Virus record (IMG/VR): IMGVR_UViG_3300020281_001373
DNA: 64,000 nt
Direction: 5' to 3' (one strand)
Source of the DNA: an uncultured virus (IMG/VR IMGVR_UViG_3300020281_001373)
Taxonomy: Duplodnaviria > Heunggongvirae > Uroviricota > Caudoviricetes
Shown one piece after another: positions 1 to 9,856 of this stretch (position 1 is the stretch's first letter; each line of letters begins with the position of its first letter). The notes under the pieces were generated by a model. It was not told the DNA's origin and searched no databases. It saw only the letters and a program-made list of their open reading frames with translations. Both the position numbers and the translations under genes were made by a program.

Positions 1-6
1 CTCCAA

Positions 7-657
7 ATGGCATATAAAGGTTATAGAAAACCATTCGTATTTAGAGGTTCAGACTCAGAGACATCTCTGCAGTATGTAGGATCTATTGATACGACTACCA
101 CTGGAACTACTGATTCTGACGATAATACATTAGCTACAGTCGGCGGTTTTGGAGTCACTCATGCAGTCACTTCTAGAAAAGCAAGCCCGAACACAGTAGC
201 TACTAGCGATTCCGATGGAAACAAAGGAACAGTCAAATCATTAGAGATTCTAGAAGCACTGCCAGGTTGGTACATGAAAGGTGATTCATCTAAAGGACCT
301 ACATCAATTGCAGATTCTGATGGTGAAGGCGTATTCGGTACAGACCTAGGAACTTCTACTGATGTTCAGGTTGAAAATGGTATATACACTTTAAGCTTCG
401 CAACTAGAGATTCTGACTGTGGCATAGGAGACTATGTTGTAGCAGTTCAGGGTGGTGGAGTTTATTATGAAGGTTATGTCACTGGCAAAACAGATGGAAA
501 CAATGATATTCAGATTCGTCCGGTATCAGGAAACTGGCAAGGTTTTGACGGTACAGCAGCTTGGAAATATACAACTTCAAACCAACAGCATAAAGGTCAA
601 GATATTGAGTTTGCTGGAACAGTAGTAGATGCACCAGCAGCTAAATTTAAAATCTAA
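7..657 (+). CDS. Gly/Thr/Asp-rich putative virion structural protein with repeated DSD motifs
   Basis: 216 aa, beta-rich composition, 4 DSD + 1 DSE. Confidence 0.5.
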   Translation: MAYKGYRKPFVFRGSDSETSLQYVGSIDTTTTGTTDSDDNTLATVGGFGVTHAVTSRKASPNTVATSDSDGNKGTVKSLEILEALPGWYMKGDSSKGPTSIADSDGEGVFGTDLGTSTDVQVENGIYTLSFATRDSDCGIGDYVVAVQGGGVYYEGYVTGKTDGNNDIQIRPVSGNWQGFDGTAAWKYTTSNQQHKGQDIEFAGTVVDAPAAKFKI

Positions 658-669
658 AGGTAGTTAATT

Positions 670-1206
670 ATGGCAACAGCGGTTATTACTTGGGGCAGAA
701 TGAACCCACCAACTGCAGGTCATGAGAAACTGGTTAACAAAGTAAGAAAGGCTTCCCGTATTCATAAAGGGAAGCCTTTCATTTATCTAACAAAAACATT
801 CAAGAAACCCAAAGACCCACTTCCATATAGAGATAAACTGAAGCTTGCAAAGAAAGCTTTCGGTAATATAGTGCAAGATCATAAGAGTAGAACTATTATT
901 GAGCTTATGAAAGAGCTTGAAAAGAAATATGATGATATGGTATTGGTGGTAGGATCAGATAGAGTAGCAGAATTTGAAACACTCTTAAACAAATATAATG
1001 GAAAAGATTACACATATTCTAGTATAACTATAGTATCTGCAGGTGAAAGAGACCCTGACGCTGAAGGTGTATCTGGAATGTCTGCAAGCAAGATGAGACA
1101 GTTCGCAAAAGATGATGACTACGATTCTTTTGAGAAAGGTTTACCATCATTAATTAAAAAACCAGATGCTAAAAAAGCATTTGATACGGTAAGAAAAAAC
1201 ATATAA
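670..1206 (+). CDS. cytidylyltransferase-like (HxGH) nucleotidyltransferase, T4-like phage type
   Basis: WGRMNPPTAGH, VVGSDR and MSASKMR motifs. Confidence 0.85.
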   Translation: MATAVITWGRMNPPTAGHEKLVNKVRKASRIHKGKPFIYLTKTFKKPKDPLPYRDKLKLAKKAFGNIVQDHKSRTIIELMKELEKKYDDMVLVVGSDRVAEFETLLNKYNGKDYTYSSITIVSAGERDPDAEGVSGMSASKMRQFAKDDDYDSFEKGLPSLIKKPDAKKAFDTVRKNI

Positions 1207-1214
1207 AGGATATT

Positions 1215-1793
1215 ATGAAAACACAAGATGCACAAGTATACGAGATTCTAGAAGAACTAGATTCATGTACTACTAAACAAAGAAAAGTTGATTTAATCAA
1301 CACTAAATATAGCAATCATACACCACTACAGTATGTACTCAGATGGAACTTTGATAGATCTATAAAGTCTCTTCTACCAGAAGGTGAACCACCTTTTGAT
1401 AAGGAAAGAAAAGATGGTGATTCACCACAAGCTTTATGGTCTTATTTAAAGATGTTCCCTAATTTTGTAGACTCTGCACAGGGTAGACAATTACCAGAAT
1501 TAAAAAGAGAAAATCTTTTTATTGAAATGTTAGATGCACTAGATCTTGAAGAAGCAAATGTAATAGTGTTAGCTAAAGATGGTAAGTTAGATGAGAAGTA
1601 TAATATTACAATTGATGTAGTAAATGCTGCATATCCTGATATTGGATTAGTATCCGATCCTATCCCTGAACCTACTCCAAAAGAACAAAAAGAAGACCTA
1701 TTATCGCAAGCAAAGAGCATAAAGGAACAAGTAAAAGAATTAAATAGTCTAGCAAAAGAGCTAACTGAAAAAGCTAAAGCGATAACGGAGTAG
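1215..1793 (+). CDS. conserved T4-like phage hypothetical protein
   Basis: WNFD..SLLPEGEPPF..KRENLFIEMLD pattern recalled from marine T4-like phages. Confidence 0.6.
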   Translation: MKTQDAQVYEILEELDSCTTKQRKVDLINTKYSNHTPLQYVLRWNFDRSIKSLLPEGEPPFDKERKDGDSPQALWSYLKMFPNFVDSAQGRQLPELKRENLFIEMLDALDLEEANVIVLAKDGKLDEKYNITIDVVNAAYPDIGLVSDPIPEPTPKEQKEDLLSQAKSIKEQVKELNSLAKELTEKAKAITE

Positions 1794-1796
1794 AGT

Positions 1797-2309
1797 ATGT
1801 CACCATTGGAATGCGTGAAGTTTGGTCACGATATTGGCCAATTAAAGCCAGCAATTAATGAAGTTGGTTTTGATATACATTATAATAAGATCTACAAAAA
1901 ACTTGTAGATGACTTCAACCAAGGTGTTGGTGATTTTGCATTTAATAAAGCCGGAGCACATCTTCATAAGTTGTACTTCGAAAATTTAAGGGAACGTAGA
2001 GATACAAATGTCCCTATTGGAAAAGCGGAACATATCATAACTCAAAGATATGGGAACTTTAATAATTTTAAGAAGCAAGTACAAGAACAAGCTTCTAGAT
2101 TACAAGGTTCTGGATGGGTATTTATGAACATGCAAGGATATGTGAATATAATACCTAATTATAGAATTGTAGATAATGTTGCTATGATTATTGATTGTTG
2201 GGAACATGCCTATGCATATACTTTCGGTCATGATAGAGCAGCGTTTATAGATTCTGTATTTGATATTATTAATTGGGACACTGTAAATACTCGTTTAAAC
2301 GGTGAGTAA
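1797..2309 (+). CDS. sod: Fe/Mn superoxide dismutase
   Basis: DCWEHAY, QGSGW and LHKLYFENL motifs. Confidence 0.9.
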   Translation: MSPLECVKFGHDIGQLKPAINEVGFDIHYNKIYKKLVDDFNQGVGDFAFNKAGAHLHKLYFENLRERRDTNVPIGKAEHIITQRYGNFNNFKKQVQEQASRLQGSGWVFMNMQGYVNIIPNYRIVDNVAMIIDCWEHAYAYTFGHDRAAFIDSVFDIINWDTVNTRLNGE

Positions 2310-3695
2310 ATGTGTGTAGTTGCTGCAAAGCACTTTAAAGGCCACGGTTGGATATTAGTTAAGAATAGAGATCGTAATTATCCAACTGAGGTAAAATTAG
2401 TTCAGTCACAAAGATCAGGAATCGAAAGATTATTCCTGCGAGATACCACTACTGGTTATAGTGAAGGCCTTAACGAAACAGGTCTATCAATAGTTTCTGC
2501 TTCAGTAATGGTAAAGAAAGATGAGAAAGAAGGTGGTGGTAGAGCATCTGATTCTCAGAACTGGACATCACCAGATGGTCAAAGAATTAGAAGAGCACTA
2601 TATCAAAAGACTGTAAAAGGTGCAATCAAATCATTATTAGATTCACAGATTCCTGGTAATACTCTTATTACAGATGGTAAAGAATGCTATCTTATAGAAT
2701 CAGCATATACAAACTACGAAAAACCAAATCAAAAATATCATAGTATAGTCAAGAAAATAAGTCCATCTGATATATGTGTAAGAACAAATCATGGTATTGA
2801 ACTACCATGGACTGGATATGATATGAAAGACCCTGATCAAAAGCCTGATAGAATATCATCTGAAAGCAGATTGAAGATAGCAACAAAGGAAGTTAAGAAA
2901 GCACAGGATCCACAAGCATTATTGAATGCTCTAGGTGTAGCACCTGAAAAAGACCCACAAATGAATCCAATAAGAATCAATAAGGGTAAAGGTGTAATGA
3001 GAACTACTGGTCAAATTATGTTGAATCCATTAGAAAGAGTATTTACATATAGACCCACAATGTCAGAAGTAGAGTTGAAGAACTACAATAAAATTAATCA
3101 GAAAGAATCTAAAACATTCTTTGAAATCATTTCAAATAGAGAGTTAATTAGTTTTGGTACATTTGGTGAAGACAGTAAGAGAGTACCTAGAAAACCTGGT
3201 CAAAAAGCAAATAGTAGTAAGCATAGTGATTTATACACTGATGAAAATCCTAAAGGTACTATACACGGTCTTGGTTTTACTGATGCAGCAAAAGCAAAAC
3301 AAAGTCTTAATAAGATTGAAGGTTCAGGGAAGACAGATGCACATAAAATGCAGGCAGCGATTGCAATGTCACAAAGAGCAAAGTTTGCCGCAAGAGATGC
3401 AAAAGACCCAGAGAAAAAGAAAGACTTAGCTGCAGCACATAAGACTTATCAATCATGGATAGATAAGAACAAAAAGTCTGAAGATTTTGCAGAAGGTACA
3501 GAGTCATGGGAAGCTGGTTATAAAAGACGTGTAGTAAAAACTACTAAGCCAGAACATAAGAACAAAGGTCTAATGTGGAGAATTAAGGGCAAGGATAGAG
3601 ATGAGATCAGTATAAAACTATATAAAGATAAACCATCCTTTGCAGAATTTAAAAAACAAATGAAAAGAGTTGCAGGACATGAATTTGGCGGTTAA
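2310..3695 (+). CDS. Ntn-hydrolase (N-terminal Cys nucleophile) fused to two C-terminal modules
   Basis: MCVVAA..KNRDR, EGLNETGLSI, VRTNHG; then a HSDLYTDENPKGTIHGLGF module and a basic terminal module. Confidence 0.7.
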   Translation: MCVVAAKHFKGHGWILVKNRDRNYPTEVKLVQSQRSGIERLFLRDTTTGYSEGLNETGLSIVSASVMVKKDEKEGGGRASDSQNWTSPDGQRIRRALYQKTVKGAIKSLLDSQIPGNTLITDGKECYLIESAYTNYEKPNQKYHSIVKKISPSDICVRTNHGIELPWTGYDMKDPDQKPDRISSESRLKIATKEVKKAQDPQALLNALGVAPEKDPQMNPIRINKGKGVMRTTGQIMLNPLERVFTYRPTMSEVELKNYNKINQKESKTFFEIISNRELISFGTFGEDSKRVPRKPGQKANSSKHSDLYTDENPKGTIHGLGFTDAAKAKQSLNKIEGSGKTDAHKMQAAIAMSQRAKFAARDAKDPEKKKDLAAAHKTYQSWIDKNKKSEDFAEGTESWEAGYKRRVVKTTKPEHKNKGLMWRIKGKDRDEISIKLYKDKPSFAEFKKQMKRVAGHEFGG

Positions 3696-4905
3696 TGAAT
3701 ACTTATTGGAAATGGCTAACAGCGAGCAGAATCTACATCTTACACATGTTGATGAAGATATATTTGAGAGAGGTGATGCTGGTGCAATGGCCGCAATACA
3801 ATCATGCAGAAATGTATTAGATGGTGTAGGTGAAGGTGAAACTGCACTTACGATTAAATGGGACGGAGCTCCTGCAATTTTTGCTGGTATTGACCCTTCT
3901 GATGGTCAGTTCTTTGTATCTACAAAATCAGCTTTTAATAAAACTCCACTATTATACAAGGGACCAGCAGATGCTTCTAAATTCAAGACTGGTAAAAAAC
4001 TAGCAATTGCTCATAGAGAGTTTCAGAATATTGGTATACCTAAAGGTGTTGTATTGCAAGGTGATCTCATGTTTACTAAGGGTGATCAGAAGTATGAAAC
4101 TATTGATGGTAAAAGATATATTACTGCACATCCTAATACTATTGTATATGCGTGGGATGCTGAAAGTGAAGTAGGTAAACAAATCAGAAATGCAAATATA
4201 GGTGTTGTTTGGCATACAACTTATTCTGGTAAGTCATTGCAAACTATGAAAGCAAGATTTGGTGTAAATGTCAAGAAACTAAAAGGTCATCGTGGTATAT
4301 GGATGGATGATGCTTATTTTAAAGGTGCTAATGTAGCCTTCTCTAGTTCAGAGAAAGCAAAGGTAGAAAAATTATTAAGTGCTGCAGAAGCTAAAGTCGG
4401 TAAATTTAATAAGCTCAGAGATATTATGTCTTTGATACCACAAGCGGCTATTGGTGCTGGTATCAAAACATTCATCAACTCAAATATTAGAAAAGGTCAA
4501 TTACCTACAGCAAGAAAAAATCCTGTAAAAGACTACATTGAGTATGTAGATAAGTACTATGAAGATAAGGTAATCAGTAAGTTAAAGACAGACAAAGCAA
4601 TAGACTCTAAGAGAGCAGCAAAGAAACAATTAAGATCTGAGCTTGGTAAGAATGCTGCTATTTTAAAAGCTGCATTTGAATATGTAGATTTAATTACACA
4701 GGCTAAAGTACAAATCATTAAGAAACTTGTATCGTTAGATAAACAAAAACAATTTGTTAAAACAAGCAAAGGTTTTAAGGTGACAAATCCAGAAGGTTTT
4801 GTAGCTATAAATTCTAAGAAAGGTGAAGCTGTAAAATTTGTAGACAGATTAGAATTTAGTTATAATAACTTCTCTGATAGTGTCATTAAAGGATGGCAGA
4901 AATGA
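3670..4905 (+). CDS. ATP-dependent ligase-like nucleotidyltransferase (DUF6267-like); start may be slightly downstream
   Basis: KWDG (motif I), LQGDLMF (III), PEGFV (IV), VKFVDR (V). Confidence 0.7.
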   Translation: MQDMNLAVNEYLLEMANSEQNLHLTHVDEDIFERGDAGAMAAIQSCRNVLDGVGEGETALTIKWDGAPAIFAGIDPSDGQFFVSTKSAFNKTPLLYKGPADASKFKTGKKLAIAHREFQNIGIPKGVVLQGDLMFTKGDQKYETIDGKRYITAHPNTIVYAWDAESEVGKQIRNANIGVVWHTTYSGKSLQTMKARFGVNVKKLKGHRGIWMDDAYFKGANVAFSSSEKAKVEKLLSAAEAKVGKFNKLRDIMSLIPQAAIGAGIKTFINSNIRKGQLPTARKNPVKDYIEYVDKYYEDKVISKLKTDKAIDSKRAAKKQLRSELGKNAAILKAAFEYVDLITQAKVQIIKKLVSLDKQKQFVKTSKGFKVTNPEGFVAINSKKGEAVKFVDRLEFSYNNFSDSVIKGWQK

Positions 4906-5141
4906 TGAAAACAATTGTAGTAATTTCAGCCATTTTACTATATGAGAATGTTCCTATGACAATGCAAACTGATTGGCCTGGAAAAGATTTTAATTCTGTC
5001 TATGAATGTAGAGAGTATATAAAATGGAATAAGGTCAATCTTACTATAGGCTTATTTGACAAACATTTAGAAGATGAAAACGGTAATCAACTTATAAGTT
5101 ATAATTACTTCTGCGAGACTAGATCATTCACAGATTTATAG
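4893..5141 (+). CDS. hypothetical protein with hydrophobic N-terminus
   Basis: ORF in operon. Confidence 0.5.
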   Translation: MAEMMKTIVVISAILLYENVPMTMQTDWPGKDFNSVYECREYIKWNKVNLTIGLFDKHLEDENGNQLISYNYFCETRSFTDL

Positions 5142-5145
5142 AGGT

Positions 5146-5153
5146 AATAAATA
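5146..5153 (+). promoter_or_regulatory. T4-type late promoter variant AATAAATA
   Basis: one mismatch to TATAAATA, just upstream of ATG 5158; same variant recurs before other genes. Confidence 0.55.
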
Positions 5154-5157
5154 TATT

Positions 5158-6045
5158 ATGAGTATATTAGATGGTCTCTCCAAAGATTATATAGGTGCTA
5201 ACAGCAAATTGTTAGGTGATTGGAAGCGTGTTAAATACAATTTTGACATACCGCTTTATTTTGATACTAATAATACTGAAATGATTAATTTTGGTCTTGC
5301 ATGGGATATTTGTGTGGCTGGTTGGATTGAAGTTTATCCAGCGGTAAGAGGTGTAAACATATATCATCCAATACATAATGGTAAAACTATGATGAGACTA
5401 GATGAGACCAGCTCATGCTTTGAAAATCAAGTGTTTACAAGACATCCACCATTTGAACCAATAGAATATATTACTTATGTACATGAAAATGAAGGTGGTA
5501 GGGATTTTGAATCTAAAGCTAAATCAGCAAATACATCAACATCACTAGATGTAGTTGACTATGAAATGCAGAATACATCTTTTGAATATAAGGCTGAAGA
5601 TAGAGGTACTAAAGATGCTCGTATATTATTAGGTCCACAAAGATTATTAGATTCAAACTGGCGTCTGCCAATTCCAGCATATAAGAAAAGACTAGTTAAA
5701 GATGATACTATTTATGATATTGGTTATCATTTCTCATCTTCTGATAGTTCAAAACAAATGTCTAGTAGATATGAAGAAATTATGTTTGCAGGTAAAGATA
5801 CATTTAACTTTATGAATTGGCATAACAAATATTTAGATGCACCAAAGTTAGATAAGGTAGTTAGAAGAATGGCACAATGTAGAGAGTTTCATGGTACACT
5901 TGGCGGTTTATCATTCTTAGCTTTAGCAATGAATATACCAACAACAATACATATCAATAAGAGAATGGTATGGACATCACAAAAGAAAGTATTTAAAATA
6001 TTAGCTAAAAGAAGTGGTGCAAAATTTGTAGAGGCAACACATTAA
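5158..6045 (+). CDS. putative GT-B glycosyltransferase (GT9-like C-terminal motif)
   Basis: FHGTLGGLSFLALAMNIPT resembles the heptosyltransferase GxDSGxxHLAxAxGxPT motif. Confidence 0.5.
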   Translation: MSILDGLSKDYIGANSKLLGDWKRVKYNFDIPLYFDTNNTEMINFGLAWDICVAGWIEVYPAVRGVNIYHPIHNGKTMMRLDETSSCFENQVFTRHPPFEPIEYITYVHENEGGRDFESKAKSANTSTSLDVVDYEMQNTSFEYKAEDRGTKDARILLGPQRLLDSNWRLPIPAYKKRLVKDDTIYDIGYHFSSSDSSKQMSSRYEEIMFAGKDTFNFMNWHNKYLDAPKLDKVVRRMAQCREFHGTLGGLSFLALAMNIPTTIHINKRMVWTSQKKVFKILAKRSGAKFVEATH

Positions 6046-7010
6046 TGGCTACGAGAAAATTAGATAACTTAGTGATTCAAATGGGTTGGAGAAATCCACA
6101 AAAAGGTTTTGCCATAAGACGTGCTGGTAATGCAAAAACCGATATGTCTGGTCACTACAATTTTGGTCTTGGTCATACATTATTAGGTATGACATTTATA
6201 AATGAACATTACCCAACCAAAGCTGAAAGAGATGAAGGTGTATATAACCCACATATCGAAGTACTATATCCAGATTCTGATACACAGGGAAATATATGGT
6301 TTAGATATGATGATGTAAAGACTATATTAGATTCAGATCTTATGAATGCACCTAACTTAGTATTCGAGCCATATACACCATTAACTGGAGACCCTAATTC
6401 TAGATTTTTAGGACTAGAAGATGGTACTGCTGTTTATGCTGCAGATTCTGAAGGTGAATTAACTGAAAACCTTGTACAATATAATTATGAGCAAGTACAA
6501 AGCTTTAACGGCACTGATAAAAATATAATAATGAAGACATATGATATATGGCAATCACAATTTGGTTTAAGTGGTAATAAATCACTATCGTGGGTAGCTT
6601 TAAGAAAAGATTTAAAAACTCGCTATCGAAGTGGAGAAGACCACTATACACATTGCTTTAAATTTGCAAATGATAGTGATGGTATGGGAGTATCTGCTGA
6701 AATGATAGCTAAATGGAAGTCAGAGAATGAAGCTACTGCATGGAACTTTGACTCAGATACATCCTCGTCACTCGAGGAAGTGGTCAAGAAGATGATGAAT
6801 AGTAGATATTATCATGGTACTTTAAATGGTTTGGCCATCCTAGCATTAGTCTGTGGTGTTCCTGCGACTGTTTATATGCCAGCATCAGTATCACTGACAC
6901 AGGAGCAAAAAGCTCTTAAAAAGATATTCTTACATAATGGTGGTACCATAATGACTCAAGAAAACTTCCTATTATCTAGCCAGCCAATGGATTTTGGTAA
7001 TAATATCTAA
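6045..7010 (+). CDS. putative GT-B glycosyltransferase, paralog of the upstream gene, carries DSD motifs
   Basis: YHGTLNGLAILALVCGVPAT; NFGLG shared with NFGLA of the paralog; 4 DSD + 1 DSE. Confidence 0.5.
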   Translation: MATRKLDNLVIQMGWRNPQKGFAIRRAGNAKTDMSGHYNFGLGHTLLGMTFINEHYPTKAERDEGVYNPHIEVLYPDSDTQGNIWFRYDDVKTILDSDLMNAPNLVFEPYTPLTGDPNSRFLGLEDGTAVYAADSEGELTENLVQYNYEQVQSFNGTDKNIIMKTYDIWQSQFGLSGNKSLSWVALRKDLKTRYRSGEDHYTHCFKFANDSDGMGVSAEMIAKWKSENEATAWNFDSDTSSSLEEVVKKMMNSRYYHGTLNGLAILALVCGVPATVYMPASVSLTQEQKALKKIFLHNGGTIMTQENFLLSSQPMDFGNNI

Positions 7011-7030
7011 AAATCTAGTATAATAATACT

Positions 7031-7447
7031 ATGACAATGCATTTAGTAAGAGGTACACCTGGCCTCAACACCAAAAAACCTAAGGTAAAATACACAAAGG
7101 CTAAACTAGCCTCTCTTAAAGAATCTCATAAAAAGCATAATAAATGGGCAAAAGCAAATCGCATGCCTGATTTAATATTATCTTTTGATGATTACTTATT
7201 GTACACACGTGGTCAATGGAAACCAAAGACTACTGTCAAATCAACAGCAAAACTACCCACATTATCAAAAGACAAAGGTCCTGAATATCCATCACTTAAT
7301 AGTGGTAAATACACTGCATTTAAAAAAGAACCTATCAAATATACTGGTACGCTTGTTAAAGGTATTGCTCAGATGCATAAATCAAATGCAGTACCAGTTA
7401 TTGATAAACAAGCAGCCATTGATATAGCTAATATGAGGAGAAACTAA
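7031..7447 (+). CDS. conserved basic phage protein
   Basis: YTGTLVKGIAQMHKSNAVPV motif recalled from T4-like phages. Confidence 0.6.
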   Translation: MTMHLVRGTPGLNTKKPKVKYTKAKLASLKESHKKHNKWAKANRMPDLILSFDDYLLYTRGQWKPKTTVKSTAKLPTLSKDKGPEYPSLNSGKYTAFKKEPIKYTGTLVKGIAQMHKSNAVPVIDKQAAIDIANMRRN

Positions 7448-7701
7448 TGAGAGAAGATGAATTTCAATTATATGCTGATGTTATTAGATCAGATCAAATG
7501 CCTGCACCTGATGTAGTAGCATTATTTAAAGAAGAACCTGAATTCCAAAAATGGTATCAAGCAAAGTATCTTCAAGACCCACATGAAGCGGCAATGAAAC
7601 TTGAGAGATGGGCTGAAAGAAACCCTGAAAACTCATGGGTACAAGAGACTGCACTAATGTTAATTAGAAAACTTACTAGCGTTACGAATTGTAGAAAATA
7701 A
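7447..7701 (+). CDS. hypothetical protein
   Basis: translationally coupled ORF. Confidence 0.5.
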   Translation: MREDEFQLYADVIRSDQMPAPDVVALFKEEPEFQKWYQAKYLQDPHEAAMKLERWAERNPENSWVQETALMLIRKLTSVTNCRK

Positions 7702-7705
7702 TGCA

Positions 7706-8083
7706 ATGGCTAATAGTCAAATAGTAATTATTGGTCATTCACCTGGTAAAGTAGACGCAGCAAAATCTACCACATTAAAGAAAGTAAAAGACTGGATGGA
7801 GTCTTGTCATATACTATCATATGACTGGTATAATCTTGTAGATTATCATGCACCTGATTTAAAATTAAAAGATGCTACACTGAAGCCAGAAACAGTGAAG
7901 GACTATAGTGTAATCATATCACTAGGTAATCTAGCTGATGAATGGTGCAAGCGCAATAACATAAATAATTATAAGATGCCTCATCCATCAGGTCTAAATA
8001 GAATTTGGAATGATAAGAGAAGAGCTAATAAGATTATAAGAGAACTTAGGAAACATATACATGCAAACTACACAGCTATCTGA
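7706..8083 (+). CDS. uracil-DNA glycosylase superfamily protein (minimal)
   Basis: IIGHSPG, ISLGNLA and PHPSGLNR motifs. Confidence 0.65.
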   Translation: MANSQIVIIGHSPGKVDAAKSTTLKKVKDWMESCHILSYDWYNLVDYHAPDLKLKDATLKPETVKDYSVIISLGNLADEWCKRNNINNYKMPHPSGLNRIWNDKRRANKIIRELRKHIHANYTAI

Positions 8084-8690
8084 TATTTTTTCCGATGAAG
8101 AAAGAAATGCTTTATTAGACATATACAGGTCTCATGAAAGTTATGATACTGAAGAGATGAAGAAGGCTCCAGTATGTGATAAGACCATGAATATAGTAGA
8201 AGAAAGAATCAGACAACTTATAGGTACTGATTATGTATATGTATCAGGTAATTATTATTCTCATGAAAAACCTTTCTACCCACATACAGACTTCCAGAAA
8301 GAATGGAAAGAAAGTATCAATATGGTCATACCACTAGAAAATAATACAGAAGATAAAAATGGTAAGCTTGTTATATTTGATCAGCTATGGGAAGATGACA
8401 GTAAGACTTGGATGATGATACATCCAGTAAAAGAATATGCTGTAAACAAAGCATTGCCTGGTTGTCCATTTGATTATCGTATTACAAATCATACAAACGA
8501 GAAGATGAGTTTGTTATTTTGGGAAACACATTTAAAACACTTTCCATCATGGTGTTGGCAAGGTTTATCAGGTTCTACATATAATTACGAAGAAAATAGT
8601 ATAATTATATTTGATAATAGAAGAATACACTGTACTAATAATTTTAAAGGTAATAAAACTGGACTAACTTTGAGGTATAAAAAGAAATGA
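8061..8690 (+). CDS. 2OG-Fe(II) oxygenase-like protein
   Basis: PHTD..NMVIPL..IIFDNRRIHCT (HxD...H). Confidence 0.7.
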   Translation: MQTTQLSDIFSDEERNALLDIYRSHESYDTEEMKKAPVCDKTMNIVEERIRQLIGTDYVYVSGNYYSHEKPFYPHTDFQKEWKESINMVIPLENNTEDKNGKLVIFDQLWEDDSKTWMMIHPVKEYAVNKALPGCPFDYRITNHTNEKMSLLFWETHLKHFPSWCWQGLSGSTYNYEENSIIIFDNRRIHCTNNFKGNKTGLTLRYKKK

Positions 8691-9130
8691 AGATAGCTTT
8701 GGTGACAGGTGGTTTCGATCCACTACATAGTGGTCATATCAAATATATGAAGGCAGCCAGAAAGATGGGTGATAAGCTTATGGTTGGTATCAATTCAGAT
8801 GATTGGTTGACTAATAAGAAAGGTAAACCATTCATGCCATACGAAGAAAGAAAGGCAGTCATACAAGAATTAAAATGTGTAGATGAAGTCATTGAATTTG
8901 ATGATGATGACGGTTCATCAGGTGATGCAATACAGGTACTCTTAGAGAAGTATAAGAAAGCTAAGATAATATTCTGTAATGGTGGTGACAGAGAGAAGAA
9001 GAATATTCCTGAATATGATATGTATATAGACGAACCAAGAGTAGAATTTAAGGATGGTGTAGGTGGTATGGAGAAAGTAAACTCATCTAGTTGGATAGTA
9101 TTAGAATATTTAGAAGGTATACAGAAATGA
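8687..9130 (+). CDS. cytidylyltransferase/adenylyltransferase family protein (RfaE domain II/TagD-like)
   Basis: TGGFDPLHSGH, GINSDDWL, NGGDR, NSSSWI. Confidence 0.9.
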   Translation: MKIALVTGGFDPLHSGHIKYMKAARKMGDKLMVGINSDDWLTNKKGKPFMPYEERKAVIQELKCVDEVIEFDDDDGSSGDAIQVLLEKYKKAKIIFCNGGDREKKNIPEYDMYIDEPRVEFKDGVGGMEKVNSSSWIVLEYLEGIQK

Positions 9131-9855
9131 ATGTAAAAATACTTGGTGATGGTACTGTTGGATATGCTATGAAGCATATTTTTGAAGACTGTATGGACCC
9201 GACGCAAGACCCTGATGCTGTGATTATTACAAATCATGAAGATTATGTATATGATGTATTGAATGATCTGCTTGATTGGTATGATGGTTTAGTAATCATA
9301 AAGTCTACCATACTACCAGATAGAATTGAAAGACTTATGAAACTACATGATAAGATGTGTTATGTACCTGAATTCCTAAGAGAAAACTATTCTACAGAAG
9401 ATGCAACATGGCCTAAAATGAGAATATTTGGTGGTACAAAAGAGAACATATACTTTGCTGAAAGGGTATTTGCTTATGCTAAAGGTAAACCAGATAGAAT
9501 TATACATATGACCGCACCTGAAGCATCATTTGTCAAACATGCAATCAATTGTTTCCTTGCTCTTAAGGTGACTTACTTTAATGACTTATATGATATTGCA
9601 GAAAACAAAGGCTTAGACTGGTATAATATTAGTAGAGCAGTCATAGCAGACGATAGAGTAGGTGAATCTCATACAACCGTACCAGGTTTTGATGGCTTAT
9701 TCGGATTCGGAGGTAAATGTCTGCCTAAAGATTTGATGAATTTTATATATTATAGTGATAGCAAATTACTTACTGAAGTACATAGAGCTAATGATGAAAG
9801 AAGAAAAATACAAAAACAGGAAAGATGGGAAGACCCATTAGGATACGGATATTGA
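9127..9855 (+). CDS. UDP-glucose/GDP-mannose dehydrogenase family, short form
   Basis: GDGTVG, IKST, PEFLRE, GFGGKCLPKD. Confidence 0.85.
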   Translation: MNVKILGDGTVGYAMKHIFEDCMDPTQDPDAVIITNHEDYVYDVLNDLLDWYDGLVIIKSTILPDRIERLMKLHDKMCYVPEFLRENYSTEDATWPKMRIFGGTKENIYFAERVFAYAKGKPDRIIHMTAPEASFVKHAINCFLALKVTYFNDLYDIAENKGLDWYNISRAVIADDRVGESHTTVPGFDGLFGFGGKCLPKDLMNFIYYSDSKLLTEVHRANDERRKIQKQERWEDPLGYGY

Positions 9856-9856
9856 T

